Positions 10,580 through 24,556 are shown, numbered from the stretch's first letter. The stretch: DNA of 64,000 bases from Isurus oxyrinchus (GCA_026770705.1 JANJGN010000038.1:4712001-4776000), one strand, 5' to 3'. The notes: generated from the sequence alone by a model not told the origin. Made by a program: numbers and translations.

Positions 10580-12237
10580 AGAGGCAATGGCTACTGTAAA
10601 GGCTATGGGGCCTGACAATATTCCAGCAATAGTACTGAAGACTTGTGCTCCAGAACTTGCTGTGCCCCGAGCCAAGCTGTTCCAGTACAGACATAACACT
10701 GGCATTTACCCGAATATATAGCAAATTTGCCCAAAACACAAAAAGCAGAACAAATCCAAGCCAGTCAATCCCCACTCCATCAGCCTACTCTCGATCATCA
10801 GTAAAGTAACGGGAAGGGGTCATCAGTGCTATCAAGCGGCACTTGTTTATTAATAAACTGCTCACTGAATCCCAGTTCGGGTTCTGCCAGGTCACTCAGT
10901 TCCTGACCTCATTACAGCCTTGTTTCAAACATGGACAAAATAGCTGAACTCCTGAGGTGAGGTGAGAGAGACTGCCCTTGACATGAAGGCAGCCCCAGCA
11001 AAACTGGAGTCATTGGGAATCAGGGGGAAAACTCTCTGCTGGGTGCAGACATATCTAGCAGAAAGAAAGATGGTTGTCGTTGTTGGTCAGTCATCTCAGC
11101 TCCAGGACATCACTGCAGGAGTTCCTCAGGGTCGTGTCCTCAGCCCAATCATCTTCAGCTGCTGCATCAACGATTTTTCTTCCATCATAAGGTCAGAAGT
11201 GGGAATGTTCGCTGATGATTGCACAATGTTCAGCAACATTCGCGACTCCTCAGATACTGAAGGAGTCCGTGTCAAAATGCAACAAGAATTGGACAAAATC
11301 CAAGCTTGGGCGGACAAGTGGAAAGTAGCAATCACTCCAAACAAGTGTCAGACAATGGCCATGTCCAACGAGAGAGAATCCAACCATCGCCCCTTGACAT
11401 TCAATGGCATTATCATCACTGAATCCCCCACTAATCAACATCCTCGGGGTTGCCATTGACCAGAAACTGAACTGGACTAGCCATATAAATACTCTCGCCA
11501 CAAGAGCAGGTCAGAGGCTGTGATTCCTGTGACAAGTAACTCACCTCCTGACTCTCCAGAGCCTGCCCACCATCTACAAGGCACAAGTCAGGAGTGTGAT
11601 GGAATACTCCCCACTTGCCTGGATGAGGGCAGCTCCCAAAACACTTAACAATCTTGACATGATCCAGAGAAAGCAGCCACTTGATCGACACCACATCCAC
11701 AAACATTCACTACCTCCACCACTGACTCACCGTGGGAGCAGTGTGCACCATCTACATGATACACTGCAGGAATTCACCAAGGCTGCTTCGACAGCACCTT
11801 CCAAACCCACGGCCACTGTCATCTAGTAGGACAAGGGCACCAGAGACAATGGGACACCACCACGTGGGAGTTCCCCTCCATGTCACTCACCATCCTGAGT
11901 TGGAAATATATAGCCATTCCTGCACTGTCGCTGGGTCAAAATCCTAGAACTACCCAATAGCACTGTGGGTGTATCGACACCACATGGATTGGTTTCATTT
12001 GCCCTTTAGGGAAAGAAAGCTGTCATTCCCATCTGGCCTACATGTGACCCCCAGACCCACAGCAAGTGTGGTTGACACATTTCTGTCTCTTGACAAAACC
12101 CTCACAATTAGGGGTGTTCAGCAAATGCTGACATTGGTTCAAGGCAGTAGCTCATCACCACCTTCAAGGGCAATTAGGGATGGGCAATAAATGCTGGCCC
12201 AGCCAGTGATGCCCACATCCTGCAAATAAATAAAACA
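10580..12237 (+). mobile_element. 5'-truncated CR1/L2-group LINE (RT domain, multiple stops) with a SINE-core fragment nested at ~11988-12132
   Basis: KAMGPDNIPAIVLKTCAPEL, GVPQGRVLSP, MFADDCT, MEYSPLAW; 3' tail gggcaattagggatgggcaataaatgctggc. Confidence 0.92.
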
Positions 12238-12285
12238 ATTACTCTGTCTCATGGTTCCGAATTCAACTGCCTCTGAATTCCAACT

Positions 12286-12682
12286 CGGGGAGATGGAGGA
12301 TTAGTGGTAACCTCATGGGATTAGTAATCCAGAGAGCCAGGCTAATGCTCATCGGTTCAAATCCCACTACAGCAGTTCGTGGAATTTAAATTCACCAAGT
12401 CTAGAAAATTAAGCTCGTCTCAGTAATGGAGATGATGAAACTCATCGATTGTTGTAAAAACCCATCTGGTTCACTGACTTCCCTTTCGGGAAGGAAACCT
12501 GCTGTCCTTACCCGGTCTGGCCTACATGTGACTCCAGACCCACCATATATGTGGCTGGCTCTTAAATGCCCCATGAAATTTGCCCCAGCAGGCCACTGAG
12601 TTCAATGGCAATAAGGAATGGACAGAAAATTCTGGTCTTGCCAGTAATGCCCACATACCATAAAGAGAAAAACAAAATAAAA
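12286..12682 (+). mobile_element. Full-length tRNA-derived SINE with LINE-derived 3' tail
   Basis: A-box-like tagtggtaa, B-box ggttcaaatccc, conserved core, 3' tail ggcaataaggaatggac...gcccacatacc + A-rich end. Confidence 0.88.
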
Positions 12683-13799
12683 TGGGACACCTGCAAGAGT
12701 GCAGTGCTCAGTCCTGCACAGCCCTATTGGGCCTAGGGTGGAGCTTCAATCCGGACATCATCCTCGGTAGAATACCTCATGCTAAAGTGATCATTTAAGG
12801 GCCTGACTGACAATTTCACACTAACATTGCGCTGAGTAAAACATTTCACGATCTAAAGACAAGACACATGGTGGGTACATTTCCATGAAAATCTTTAATA
12901 TTTAGGAAAGATTAAAACATTTTAAACATTCCAAAATCTCATGTCTCACAGATGGCTACAGTGCCCCAGGATGAGCCTGACAGTAATGGGAAATGTGGGA
13001 ACAGGTTCAGGCAGTGAGAGGGAGAGAGCAAGTGAGCAATATCAGAAACGATGGACATTGTCATTCAGATCAGACCATCGCCAATCAAATCATTTCAACC
13101 GGTCAACTTGACCGGAAATAGAAAAGGGACAAATGGAGGGCAGAGATTTAAGAAACTTAAAAAAAAAATGAACTGACCTGGTGTCAAATATGAGCCATGA
13201 ATGCAATAAGGAGAGAGTGTATGGTACTTGGCAAATGCTCGGCTGTTAGCAATATTTGACTGAGGACAGTTTATGTTGGCGGGCGGATGCCGATGGGTCA
13301 GAAGACATTCCATTCTGCATTTCACCAGCAGTCGCCCACGGACAAGTTCAAGCACAAGTGAGTGGTGACGAATTTGAAGGCCATAAGATGGCGGACACAT
13401 ACATTCAGAATAAATAGAGGCTCACTGGTCATCAGATCCTCCTCTTGGCCAGGAATCGGCCTGTCTCACTGAAAGAGGGGAACACAGGTGAGAAACAGTT
13501 CATTCTCAAGGGGGTTGAGATCTGTCAGGCTAACCTCTCATCCCCCTCAGTCTGTCCTGGATACTACTGAGCCCCCCACCCACCCCTCAAACCCAGGTAT
13601 AGTCAGTCAACCGGAGCTGCGATCCTGATATTCATCTAGTGAGCAGGGGGTGACCAGGCTCTCAGCTTGCTGGAGTCCCATATCAGTGACTCGTACATAG
13701 AACAGCCTGAACTTGCTCACAGGAATGCAACTGTACTGACAATAACAACGTTCATAAACGTGGGACAATTGTCGATTTATTGGTAATTTGGCATGTTTA

Positions 13800-14455
13800 A
13801 TTCATTTCACAGGATGCGGGCATCAGTGGCTGCGCCAGAATTTATTGCCCTTCCCTGGTTGCCCCTGGATAGGTGGTGATGAGCTGCCTTCTTGATCCGC
13901 TGCAGTCCATGTTGTGTAGGTATACCCACAGTGCTGTTAGGGAGGGATTTCAGGATTTTTACCCAGCGACAGTGAGGAAGGGCAATATATTTCCAAGTCA
14001 GGATGCTGACTTACTTGGAGGGGAACTTCCAGGTGGTGGTGTTCCCATGTGACTGCTGCCCTTGTCCTTCTAAATGGCAGTAGTCATGGGTTTGAAAGGT
14101 GCTGACGAAAGAGCCTCGGTGAATTCCTACAATGCATCTTGTGGATGCTACACACTGCTGCTACTGTGCGTCGGTGGTGGAGGGAGTGAATATTTGTGGA
14201 AGGAATGCTGATCGTGTCGGATGCTTTGGTGTTAAGTTTCTTGTTTTTGTGTTTAGAAGGTGCACTCATCCAGGCAAGAGGAGAATATTCCATCACAATC
14301 CTGATATGTGCCTTTAGATGGTGGACTGGCTTTGGAAAGGCAGGGAGTGAGTTACTCTTTCGCACAATTCCCAGCTTCTCTGACCTGGTGTTGTGGCCAC
14401 AATATGGCTAGCCCAGTTTAGTTCCTGGTCAATGGCAACCTCCAGGATGCTGACA
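13800..14455 (-). mobile_element. CR1/L2-group LINE 3' fragment
   Basis: ORF 14084..14365 MEYSPLAWMSA...HSLHHRRTVAAVC; same 3' UTR as other copies. Confidence 0.9.
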
Positions 14456-14529
14456 ATGCATTTATGACACGTGATGCAATTATTCCAGCTGAAGAATTTT
14501 AAATAATTTGTCTAGATTATAAACAAATG

Positions 14530-14992
14530 AAACGAGACTTCGCTACTCCTTTCTCCAAATCCTCTTGTGATAAAAGCTAACATTCCATTCGCCTTCCTGA
14601 TTGCTTCACATGTATGTCATGTTTCAGAGACTTATTGATGAGAGCACCCAGGCCCCCTTGTACAGTTACATTTTGTCGGCTCTCACATTTTAAGAAATAA
14701 TCTGCACATCTATTGATCCTACCAAACTGAATAACCTTGCATTTTTCTGCGTTAAATTCCTTCTTTCCTGTTCTGTCCCCCCCGCCCCCCCACTACGCCT
14801 GTCCAAATCGCCTTGAAACCGCTTTTCATCTTCCTCACAATACATGTTCCCACCAAGCTTTGTGTCATCCTCGAACTTAGAAATATTACATTTGGCGCAA
14901 ACATCCAAATCATTGATATGTTGTGAACAGCTGGCTCTCAAGTAGTGATCCTTGTGGTACCCCACTGACCACATGCTCACAAAGTTTGACAT
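14530..14992 (-). mobile_element. CR1 LINE RT fragment
   Basis: HINDLD..ISKFEDDTKLGG...FQGDLDR (CR1 FADDTKL motif). Confidence 0.85.
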
Positions 14993-15870
14993 TTCACTCT
15001 ATACTTTCCCCCACCACCGCCACCCCCACCAAAAAAACTCCCACTTAGCCCGCCAGCCCCCCTCACCCCACACCCTACACTTTGAAATGACATGCTTCAG
15101 TTACTGCTGCAGCAAGAGGAGGCCTTTGGATCACCTAAGGGTGTCACAACACTGTTGGAAGTCCTTATAGCTTTAGTCTGTTTCTCTCTTCACAAAGGTA
15201 GCGAGGGCTGCTGATTTTTCCCACATTTCACTTTTTTATTTCAGTTCTGAGCACATTGGCTCCCCCCCTCCCTCTCCTCTCCTGAACATACTTTTTCAGG
15301 ATGTGTTCAGGGGGACATTTAAATTGACGAATTTCACTGAGACATAATTTGTGCAGTGGAAATAAACCTTTATTTGAAACGAGGAGATTTCCCACTCCGA
15401 GGTTCTGGGACTGGAATAAATACTGGAATAAAATCACAGAAAGATTTTGAAAAGCTGACATCACTGACCTTTGAACCTCTGAAAACCAGCCTGCCATCTG
15501 CAGGTTAGTCCGAAATGTTTTGAACAAGGTTTCCCTGGGATACTGGAGACACTGCGGCATGTCCGCCCCTGGACTGTAACCTGCCCGATTGACCTTGTCC
15601 TCAAAGCCCCCTTTGTGTAATGACATGAAACTCGAGCCCGGTGGGTGGGAATTTCACAAACCAGTCCCAAGGTGAACCGGACAGTTGCAATAGACAGAAA
15701 ACCAGCAGGACAAACAGGACTGAGGTAAATTACTTCCCAAATGCAGCGTTTCTGGTAGTCACTGAACCCTGGCGGTGAAAGTTGGAAACCAGCCTCACCC
15801 TGTGCTCATCACCGAGATGAAGAGATTGGGAATCAAACAAACAAACTCATATTGAAAATGGAAATTCTTC

Positions 15871-16757
15871 TCACTGTTTAATAAATTTAACAATTACAGA
15901 AAAGGGATATTTCACCACATTCTTCAGCTCCTTTCTGAATTGAGTCTGGGTCACTGCATAAATAGCCGTGTTGGTGCAACAACTCAGGAGCTGAAACATA
16001 AACCCCAGTTCGTGCACAAATTTAGGAAGATTTTCAGGAATAGCTTCTACCTAATATAACCTATTACAAGCAGAATAGATCATAAAGATTGCCCACAACA
16101 GGATAAAATTCCCCAATATAGCAAACAGTAAAATAATGGATTTCCTGCGTTTCTCCATCTCTGGGTCACTGGCATTCTCCCTAGTGCAGTGAACCCAGAG
16201 TCTCCTGCGGGCTCTGCTCGACACTAAAATATATCTGACAGTTAAAACATTCAACACCAAAATAAAAAAAAAGAGTTAAAATATAATGAAAAAAATCGAT
16301 TGCTGCCCACATTGATGAAAGATCAGCACCAGTCACTAATGTGCAAAACCAAGGAGCGTTGGAAATTGTATACTGACCTTCATACATAAAGTACCAGCAA
16401 GTGCTCTTCACACAGAACAGCAGACTGTTCTGAGAACGACAGCCGCTGTCTGCTCGGTGCAATAATTTGTTTTCAACTTGTGGGAATAATTGGCCAGAAA
16501 TCTATCAAAGGGGAAAGAGTCTGTGAACCAGACAGAACAATCTGTGGCTGCATAAAGCAGGACTGCATGGATATTACACACTGTAATCCTCCATATGAAC
16601 TAAAACTGAGCGCAGTAACGAATAGCAATTTGCCTGAATATGAGATCAAGGATAACGATGAGTAGATCCGCAGTTGCCATGGACATCAGGTAACGGGAAA
16701 CACTTTTTGACAGACCGCGCCTTCCCCGAGACCGGGTCACAATAGTCAATAAGTTCA
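15871..16757 (-). pseudogene. GPR139-like GPCR pseudogene, exon 2
   Basis: Acceptor ttccttacag; NLLTIVTRSRGRRGLSKSVSRYLMSMATADLL...DCSVWFT...FDRF...ENASDPEMEKRRKS...LLSCCTNTAIYAVTQTQFRKEL*; in-frame TAG at 16602-16600 plus frameshifts. Confidence 0.93.
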
Positions 16758-17509
16758 CTGTAAGGAAGAGAAAGACAGGAAATTTATTGATTAACTTAGA
16801 GCAACTTTTGCAGACTGAAATTTGAAGATTTATCCAAGGTCAGAATCTAATTACTATACCAGTGTTTGAACTTTCCGCTGGAGGGAGGGTTTCAAGTTAA
16901 ACACCATCCTGTTGTAACAGGAAACCAAATGCAGCAGCAGGTCCCAGCGCTATTTCCTGACCTTATGGTGTTCGGAGTGAAAATCACTCACCCCATTATT
17001 AGTCCTGCTCAATATCCCATGAACATGCTCCAAACTGCACGCACGAAAATTGGAAAATCATTTGTAGGATGTGCTATGATTTGTACTGAAGGAAAATGGT
17101 TCATTTTTTATTTGACAAGACAGCTGAGTGGAATAATAAGGCTGTGTAAAGAAATAAATACGGATTTGAATTCATTCATAAATTGTCCTTCAAATCAGGA
17201 TATCCGAATTTGTCTTCCTGATAATTATTGCTCTCCCAAAAGCCACAATGAACCCTGAGACTGTATCCCAGTAACACACACACTTTTGAAAAGAACAAAC
17301 GAACACGTTAGGTAAATGGATCGCTAAAGTGAAGAAAATAAATTAGAGATTGAATCAGAACTCAATACTGGCCAACAGAAAGGAGCAGCAGAGAGTGACA
17401 GCATCCCAAATTCAGGTTGGTAAGCAGGAGAGATTTTACCAATGGATCGGATGTGTGTGTTTTGGACCAGGAACTAAATTGGCCAGTGGTTGGGATTTGA
17501 GGTTGTTAC

Positions 17510-18090
17510 ATAGGAATGCAGGAACTAGGAGCAAGAGCAAGCCAATTGTTCCCTACGGCCAAGTCTAATGTAGACTAAGCCTATGGCCTTTTATCGACCT
17601 CTACTTTTCAAAACTGTCCTCATTTACATTGATGGCCTTAGAGCCCAAAGATCTGTCGACCACTTTCTTGACTGTATCGAAACAAACAGCCCTATAGATT
17701 TGATAATGCCAAAGATTCTCCACTTTCTGAGAGAACAAGATTCTCCCCATCTCAATCCTAAATGGCCAACAGCTTATTCTCAGGCTATGGGCTCGAGTTC
17801 TGTACTCCCCAGCTAAGGGAAACATTCTCTCAGCATTTACCCAATGAGGAGACTAAATAATTTTCTATGACTCGATGAGATAATCACCCATCCTCTAACT
17901 TAAAGAAAATGTGCGTCTAATTTGATTGATTGATTAGATACGTATATTGTTCAGTAGGCAAGGAGACTGAAACTGTAAACATTAATCCATATGGTTTCTC
18001 AACAATCACATGCATAATTCTATGAATAGGTTCCTTACTCGAAGACAGGGATCACTGCCATTTATTATCCTAATCACTTGCTGCAATATT
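17510..18090 (-). mobile_element. Decayed CR1 LINE 3' end
   Basis: Minus strand: FRIEMGRILFSQKVENLW (ORF 17601..17825), typical CR1 C-terminus. Confidence 0.75.
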
Positions 18091-18096
18091 GTATCC

Positions 18097-19320
18097 TATC
18101 CTCATTACAGCTTTGTTTCAAACATGGACAAAAGAGCTGAACTCCCGAGGGGAGATGAGAGTGGCTGCCCTTGACATCAAGGCAGCATTTGGCAGAGTGT
18201 AGCATCAAGGGGCCCTAGCAAAGCGTGAGTCAATGGGAATCAGAGGGGAAATATCTGCTGCTTCTAACCATACCTAGCACAATGGGAGATGGTTGTGGTT
18301 GTCGGAGGTCTGTCATCTCAGCTCTAGCAATTCACTGCAGGTTTTCTTTAGGGTAGTGTTCTCTGTCCAACATGTCCAGCTGCTTCATCAATGACCTTCC
18401 TTCCATCATATGGTCAGAAGTGGCATGTTCGCTGATGATTGCACAACGTTAAGTAGCATTAACGACTCCTCAGGTACTGAAGCAGCCCATGTCCAAATGC
18501 AACAAGACCTGGACAATACAAAGGCTTGCACGGACAAGTGGGAAGTAATTTGTGCACCGCTTAATTGTCAGGCAATGTCCATCTCCAACAAGGGAGAACC
18601 CAATCATCGCCCTTTGTCATTCAATGGCATTCCCATCAATGAATCCCCAGTATCAAACCCTGGGGTTTGCCATTGACCAGAAACGGAATTGAACGAGCCA
18701 TATAAATACTATGGCTACAAGAGCAGGTCAGAGGCTAGGAATAGTGCGATGCGTAACTCACCTCCTGATTTTCCACAGCCTGTCCACCATCTGCAAGGCA
18801 CAAGTCAGGAGTGTGGTGGAATGCTCCTCGCTTGATTGAATGGGTGCAGCATCCAAAGCACTCAAGAAGCTTGACACCATTCAGGGCAATCGTTGGATTG
18901 GCAGCACACCCAAAAACATTCACTCCCTCCACCACCATCGCACATAGCAGCAGTGTGTACTATCTACAAGATGAACTGCAGGAAATCACCAAGGCTCCTT
19001 CGGCTGCACATTTCAAACCCTGACCACTGCCATCTAGAAAGACACAATCAGCAGACAGATGTGAACACCGCCAGATGGATGTTCCCCTCCAAATCACTCG
19101 CCTTCCTGACTTGGAATTATATCGCCATTCCTTCACTGTCGCTGGGCCAAAATCCTTGGAAATCCCTTCCGATCAGCACTTTGTGTGCACATACACCACA
19201 TGGACTGTAGCAGTTCAAGAAGGCAGATCACCACCGCCTTTTCAAGGGCAACTAGTGATATGTAATAAATGTTGGCCCAGCCAACGAAGCCCATTTCACA
19301 TGATTGGATAATAATAAAAT
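18097..19320 (+). mobile_element. 5'-truncated CR1/L2-group LINE
   Basis: ALDIKAAF, GMFADDCT, QMQQDLDN, PLSFNGI; 3' tail gggcaactagtgat...aataaatgttggcccagcc. Confidence 0.92.
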
Positions 19321-19639
19321 ATATTACATGTTAGCTTTCTCTAGTTTGTGTACCTGAGCACCCAAGTTATGAAAATTTACAATTATTTACCGGTGTCTCA
19401 TCTGTTGAAACGCTGGATGAGGATAGAATGCAACTCGTCTGTGTTACTATCTCAGGGAAACTAAAGATTATTGTGCAATATTAACACAGGACAGTGATGT
19501 GTGTGTAAATTAACACGAAAGATAATTCATAAAATTAAAGGTCCTGACCTCCCATTTGGTGGTGATACTCGGATGATCAGCACTGATTGTAAATATAATT
19601 AAAGCCCTATTTTTTTCCACCCTTGCAGCATGTTTTTCT

Positions 19640-20120
19640 TACCCACGTAGTGGGGTGGGGGAGATGAGGTGTGCATGAGGTGCGAGGATGTCGGGGTGGT
19701 TAGTAGTTGTTTTGGGGATGGGCGAGTAGTTAACGTGCTTTGCAGTCGGTTGGGGGCGAATGGCTGGGCAATGGCTAGTGAGAGGGGTGCAATTGGGTCG
19801 AGGGGAAGACAATCGGGTCAGATTGCGCTTTCTGGGGTCAGTAGTTGGGGGGTGATGTGGTTTTTTTCGTGTGGGCTGAATGTGGGAGGGCTGTGCATGG
19901 GGGTTGGGCGTGCATGGGCTGCACCCCACAGTTATTCACTGACACATGCTAGAAATTAACACCTGGAAATTTCTAGGGCAAGCATGTGTCACACAGCAGG
20001 CACAAGAGTCCAAAACTGAAGTCAGTTTTGGGGTCATTGTTAGAGGGGCCCGGGTAGTACCGATATGCCCATCAGAAGTTTAAAGTTCGCAGATAATTAC
20101 CATGTATGCTCCTGGATCAA
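19640..20120. repeat. G-rich arm plus core of a foldback/MITE-like element (same family as 36960-38480 and 41290-42410)
   Basis: G-rich tract followed by atcagaagtttaaagttc, cf. cggaagtttgaatttcc (37628) and atcggaagtttgaagttcc (42269). Confidence 0.5.
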
Positions 20121-20904
20121 GATTTCCGATTGGTCCTGATGTGCAGAGCGGCAGACATTTCAATATTTACCACTGTTGGCATCGGGCGATCCAGGTTAAT
20201 GATGCAATCAGAATCAAATTCACCGCAATGGACTCCAGACACCAGCTTCAGATAGAGGGAAATTACACAAGAGGGAAATGGAGACCAGGTCAAAGAAGGC
20301 TGGAGAAGGAGGAATAACAAAAAAGAACACATTTTAAGAATTATCTTGAAGGATGATAAGTTTGTAGCGAGGACAACAGATTTAGGAGGTAATTCAGAAC
20401 ATGAAAGTCTTAATATTTCACTGTGGCCACCCATGCCAAAGGCTGCAGACATGTGGAGAAGAGGAAGGAGAGGAGTTTTGACATTAGCATAGTCACATAA
20501 GATAGAATTTGTGCCTTTGCTAAGGACGGTGTAAGAGTTGTAATAAGGGAGAAAAATGGTTAGAAGGATTTAAGCATGGTGTCCCTGGAAGGTGGGGCGG
20601 AAACGTGGGGGGTAGCAGCAGGGACAAGGAATTTGCAGAGGAAAGAGAGCTTAGAGATGGAGTGTTTGCTTGCAAGGACTGAGGCATCAGGGGTTGTTTA
20701 TTTACAAGAGCAGGGGTGATGGCTACAGATTGGAGCAGGAGAAGAACAGTGGCTAAGCAGATGGAACTATTAACTGTATCAGCAACTGAGGAACATGTTG
20801 AAGAAGTTCGGTGTTCAGCAGTTTGGTGGGAGTGCACTGAACCAGTCCCCAGCAGCAGCCACCCCCCAGCCCAACCCCCACAGCACGCCTCCCACCAAAC
20901 CAAT

Positions 20905-21400
20905 CAAAAGCTTGGAAATCTCACGCATGAAAAATGATGGAACGCTCACTACTCATGGGGATGGGTATCACAGCAACACACAATAAGCAGAATCACCTTC
21001 AAAAATGGAATAGATTTTCCATCAGTGATCGTCCATCATTAAACTCGATATTTCACCGCCTCCACCTTTGTGGATGCAGGGACAATCTCTGCATAATCAA
21101 CAACAACAAAACACCGGGCCTACTTCGACAGCACGTACCAGCACAGCAACATGCAGAAGGTGTGCAATGCCGCCAGATTCACCTTCTCTAATGCACCATC
21201 CTGACTTGGACCGATAACATCTCCCTTCATCAGAGTTCTGGAATTCCATAATAGCAGGTAGGAGCACCGTCAGCAGAGGGAATAGTTCAGCTCAGCAAGA
21301 AGACCCAGCAACAGCTTCTCAGCTCACCTCCGGCTGGGTAATAAACGGAACTTTGTCACAAGCATCCATGTCCCAAGAACACATTTTGAAAATAAAAACC
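20905..21400 (+). mobile_element. Old CR1/L2-group LINE 3' fragment
   Basis: atgatggaacgctcactactcatggg, cttcgacagcac, accatcctgacttgga, ggctgggtaataaac..ccatgtccc. Confidence 0.65.
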
Positions 21401-22060
21401 TGTGGGAGGGGGATAATGACTTACAGATCTGAATAAAAGTAATGCAGAGACAAGGGAAGGAAATTAGGTCTGTTGAAAGAAATGGGAACGGAGCCAATTG
21501 TTGGTGAGGGGAGCAAGTATTGTTGAACAATTATTACATTTTGTACCCTGTCCTAAAAATATAGATTTTGTGACTGTTAGGCAAAGCGGGAAATGGTGGA
21601 ATACAAGTTGCTTGGAGCTGAATCATTCTTGGAGATTCTCTCTTGTTCCTGCCTGCTCTGATTGCCACAGATCAGTGCAAATTACAACCTCCATCAGACC
21701 GCAAAACCAATACCTGCAAAATATATTTCATCTGTGATATTGGGTTTCAGTTCAAAGAGCAGACAGCAGCTGTTCAATATCTATAATCCATCGCTAATAT
21801 TTATTGCGTAAAATATTCAACCAGCCAAATTATGCAGAAAAAAATCAATTGAAGCAAGTCATGAGATATAAAAACGGTCCATGGAACAGCAAACACGGAA
21901 TCGACAACTGGTGAAATGCTACTTGACAGAAACGTAGGGAATTACATGCCACACGACGCAAAAATTACAAAGAATAAATTAATTAGCTCACATAAAGCAC
22001 AAGGACAGCAAACACAGTGAAAGATGTTTTATAAAATACATTTCTAAAATAATCACTCAC

Positions 22061-22157
22061 CAGGAATACCAACAGCAGCGAAGAGTGGTTAGTAAATCCT
22101 TTGTAAATTATAAATTACCCACAGGATCCGACGTTCAGCTGGAATATTCCAAAACAT
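22061..22157 (-). pseudogene. Exon 1 of the GPR139-like pseudogene at 15871-16757
   Basis: MFWNIPAERRILWVIYNLQRIY*PLFAAVGIP + G|gtgagt; phase-1 donor matches the phase-1 acceptor at 16757; YYP motif carries TAA. Confidence 0.85.
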
Positions 22158-22427
22158 GATCTCATTTTCTCTGAGATCTAATGATCGCCTTTAATATTGG
22201 GGGCCACTATACTCTTTCAAGCACTGATATACACAGTGAACACATTGCCTAGATGTAGGCAGAGAAGAGTCCCCAGTGATTCAATTTAACCATACACTGG
22301 CTGACATTAAGTACAGTCACTTAACAAACAAGATGCCTTAACCCTTTCATTCCATCAATTTCTATGGAAAAATATAATAAAAACAACATGGCATTCCTGT
22401 AAAGATAATTCATTCAAAGCAAGCACA

Positions 22428-22435
22428 TGACGTCA
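22428..22435. promoter_or_regulatory. Perfect CRE palindrome TGACGTCA ~270 bp upstream of GPCR exon 1
   Basis: Motif seen directly; function inferred from position only. Confidence 0.35.
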
Positions 22436-22719
22436 GCCACTTTTGTGAGAAACAGATTATGGAAGCTTGCAGGCTTGCAGCACACCTTGAGAAATAAATA
22501 GATTCAAATGCAGAGTTCTGATTGTTTTGGTGATAAAAATTCTGCCCAGCAATTTCAAGTTATCAATTCATTTCTCAGGCGATGAAAATAACACAAGTCC
22601 CAGGGGATGGTCAGAAGCAGTAACAGTCCTAAAGGATGTATGGTTGATGATCATCCCGTGATCAGAAAGTAAAAAGTGAACTGATAATTTGAAACTTATG
22701 TCTGGTCTAACACTAAACG

Positions 22720-23370
22720 TATAAGTGATACCTCCGAGTGACACTTATTATGGAAATGATAAAACAGTTTAACTTGAAAACTGGCCTTGCAAATGATACC
22801 CCGGTGTAACAAAAACCATGTAATTGAAATCCATGGAATATTAGTGCCCATGTAGAAAACGGACAATCTAAAATGACCTTGTGCCTGACACCACAGACTT
22901 ACAGTGATCACATAACTGATACCTAGTTGCACAGTGCTCGTTTAAATGATACCGAAATCCAGCAGTGGGTGTTTTACAGATAGTCATCAAACGGTTACCA
23001 TGGGATTGAAACCTAATGTTCTGCTGGCCTTGTATCCGACACTCCGATCTAACAGTGACCTTGTAACCAATGTCCCGATCCACAATTTACCTTGTACCAG
23101 CAGTCTGTTCTAATCGCCACCTTGTAACTGATAATCCAGCCTAACAGTGGCCTTGTAACTGGTATCATGATCTAACATTGGCCATGTACTTAATAGTCCA
23201 GACCAGCAGTGACATTTTAACTGATAATTGAATCTAACGGTGACTTTGTACCGGATGTCCCAATTTAACCCTGATCATTTATTTGAGGCTCTGGCTGACA
23301 ATGACCTTGTGACTGATATCCCAGTTTAATAGCGACTTTTTACCCGATCCTACGGCCTGAAATTGACCTT
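22720..23370 (+). repeat. Degenerate 31-bp tandem array (consensus ~CTAACAGTGACCTTGTAACTGATATCCCRRT)
   Basis: Consecutive 31-bp units from 23049: ctaacagtgaccttgtaaccaatgtcccgat, ctaacagtggccttgtaactggtatcatgat, ctaacggtgactttgtaccggatgtcccaat. Confidence 0.88.
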
Positions 23371-23918
23371 TTGTTACGTTAGTGTCATTGTTCAGATGTG
23401 TTTTCTTCAATGTAATCTTTAGTTTTGGAAATTAGAGATTTAACTGATGGCAGTGGGTACATCTGGTGACGAAACTGGCAAATGCAGCCCTAAATTTAAT
23501 GCAATGGAAACAGCCTTGGAGTTTATTATTCTTAGAAGGTTGGAGCCATGTTGACTTAAGATTTAACAGCCAGGAAGTTAAGGCCTTCATACTGCAGGTG
23601 GTCTTAATTAGCTAAGGAACAGGAACAGGACGTCTGTAGTTATTCCAATGAATTAAAAGCTATTTACGTGGTTTACCAGAATTAAGGAAAGTTTTGGAAT
23701 TAACAGATAATTATGTTGCCATTCTACACGGTAACAGACCATGTGTGTCATGTTTATGTGAAGATATCTGGAGCTCAGTTGAGAGTTTAGAAAAAGATGG
23801 AGTGCAAAAATATATTTGTGATCAAAATTCAGTTCAAGTTCGCGGTGTTTGCTTCAAGAATTAAAACTTTTGTCAGCTGTAGGGATTTCATACTCTCTCA
23901 ACCACATGGCCTCACAGT

Positions 23919-23943
23919 CACACACATGCAAACGTGTGTGTGC

Positions 23944-23994
<51 letters not shown>

Positions 23995-24420
23995 ACAGAT
24001 ACAAATGCAGATATACACAACCCCATAAGCAGACTCATGTTGGACATGTAAACATATGCATGAATATGTTCATTACTATCCTGCAACGAACACAAAAATA
24101 TAGATCTAAAGACACACTATCATGCACAGTAATGCAAATACATAGGCATTTCCATACACACATTAACAAATTGACACATGGGCACTTAGATGAACAGGCA
24201 ATAGCATTTTCACAAACACTGAACAAGAAACGACGATGAATATATTTACACACCTACAATAACACAAACACATAGAAACACACATTTTAGTACACATGGA
24301 CAACTAAACAGACATAAACACATAGTTATAAACATCCATCAACACATAAAGGCACGCCATAACATATTCACACGCTCATGCAGGCAAAATTATTAACATA
24401 GCAAACAGAGACCCTAAAAA
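23919..24420. repeat. (CA)n microsatellite and decayed CA-rich tract (continues 25630-25830 after the Penelope insertion)
   Basis: Direct reading. Confidence 0.9.
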
Positions 24421-24517
24421 GTCATAATATCAGATACATTAACAAGCAAGGACGGAAACAAACGCAAAAATAGCTGGAAAACTCCACAGGTCTGACAGCA
24501 TCTGCGGAGAGGATCAC

Positions 24518-24556
24518 AGTTAACGTTTCGAGTCCGCATGAATCTTCATCAGAATT
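24518..24556 (-). ncRNA. Minimal hammerhead ribozyme motif (Penelope-associated)
   Basis: AATT-CTGATGA-A-GATTC-atgcg-GACTC-GAAAC-GTT-AACT; catalytic core intact, one mismatch each in stems I and II. Confidence 0.65.

Noticed and set aside
16975-17030. gtgagtgatt donor-like site identical to that of GPCR exon 1, inside the intron
   Set aside because: Preceding sequence does not encode the YYP..GIP exon-1 motif
22720-23370. Regularly spaced ~31-35-bp repeats as CRISPR-like arrays (also 50613-51565)
   Set aside because: Units are contiguous and degenerate with no unique spacers; eukaryotic context, no cas genes
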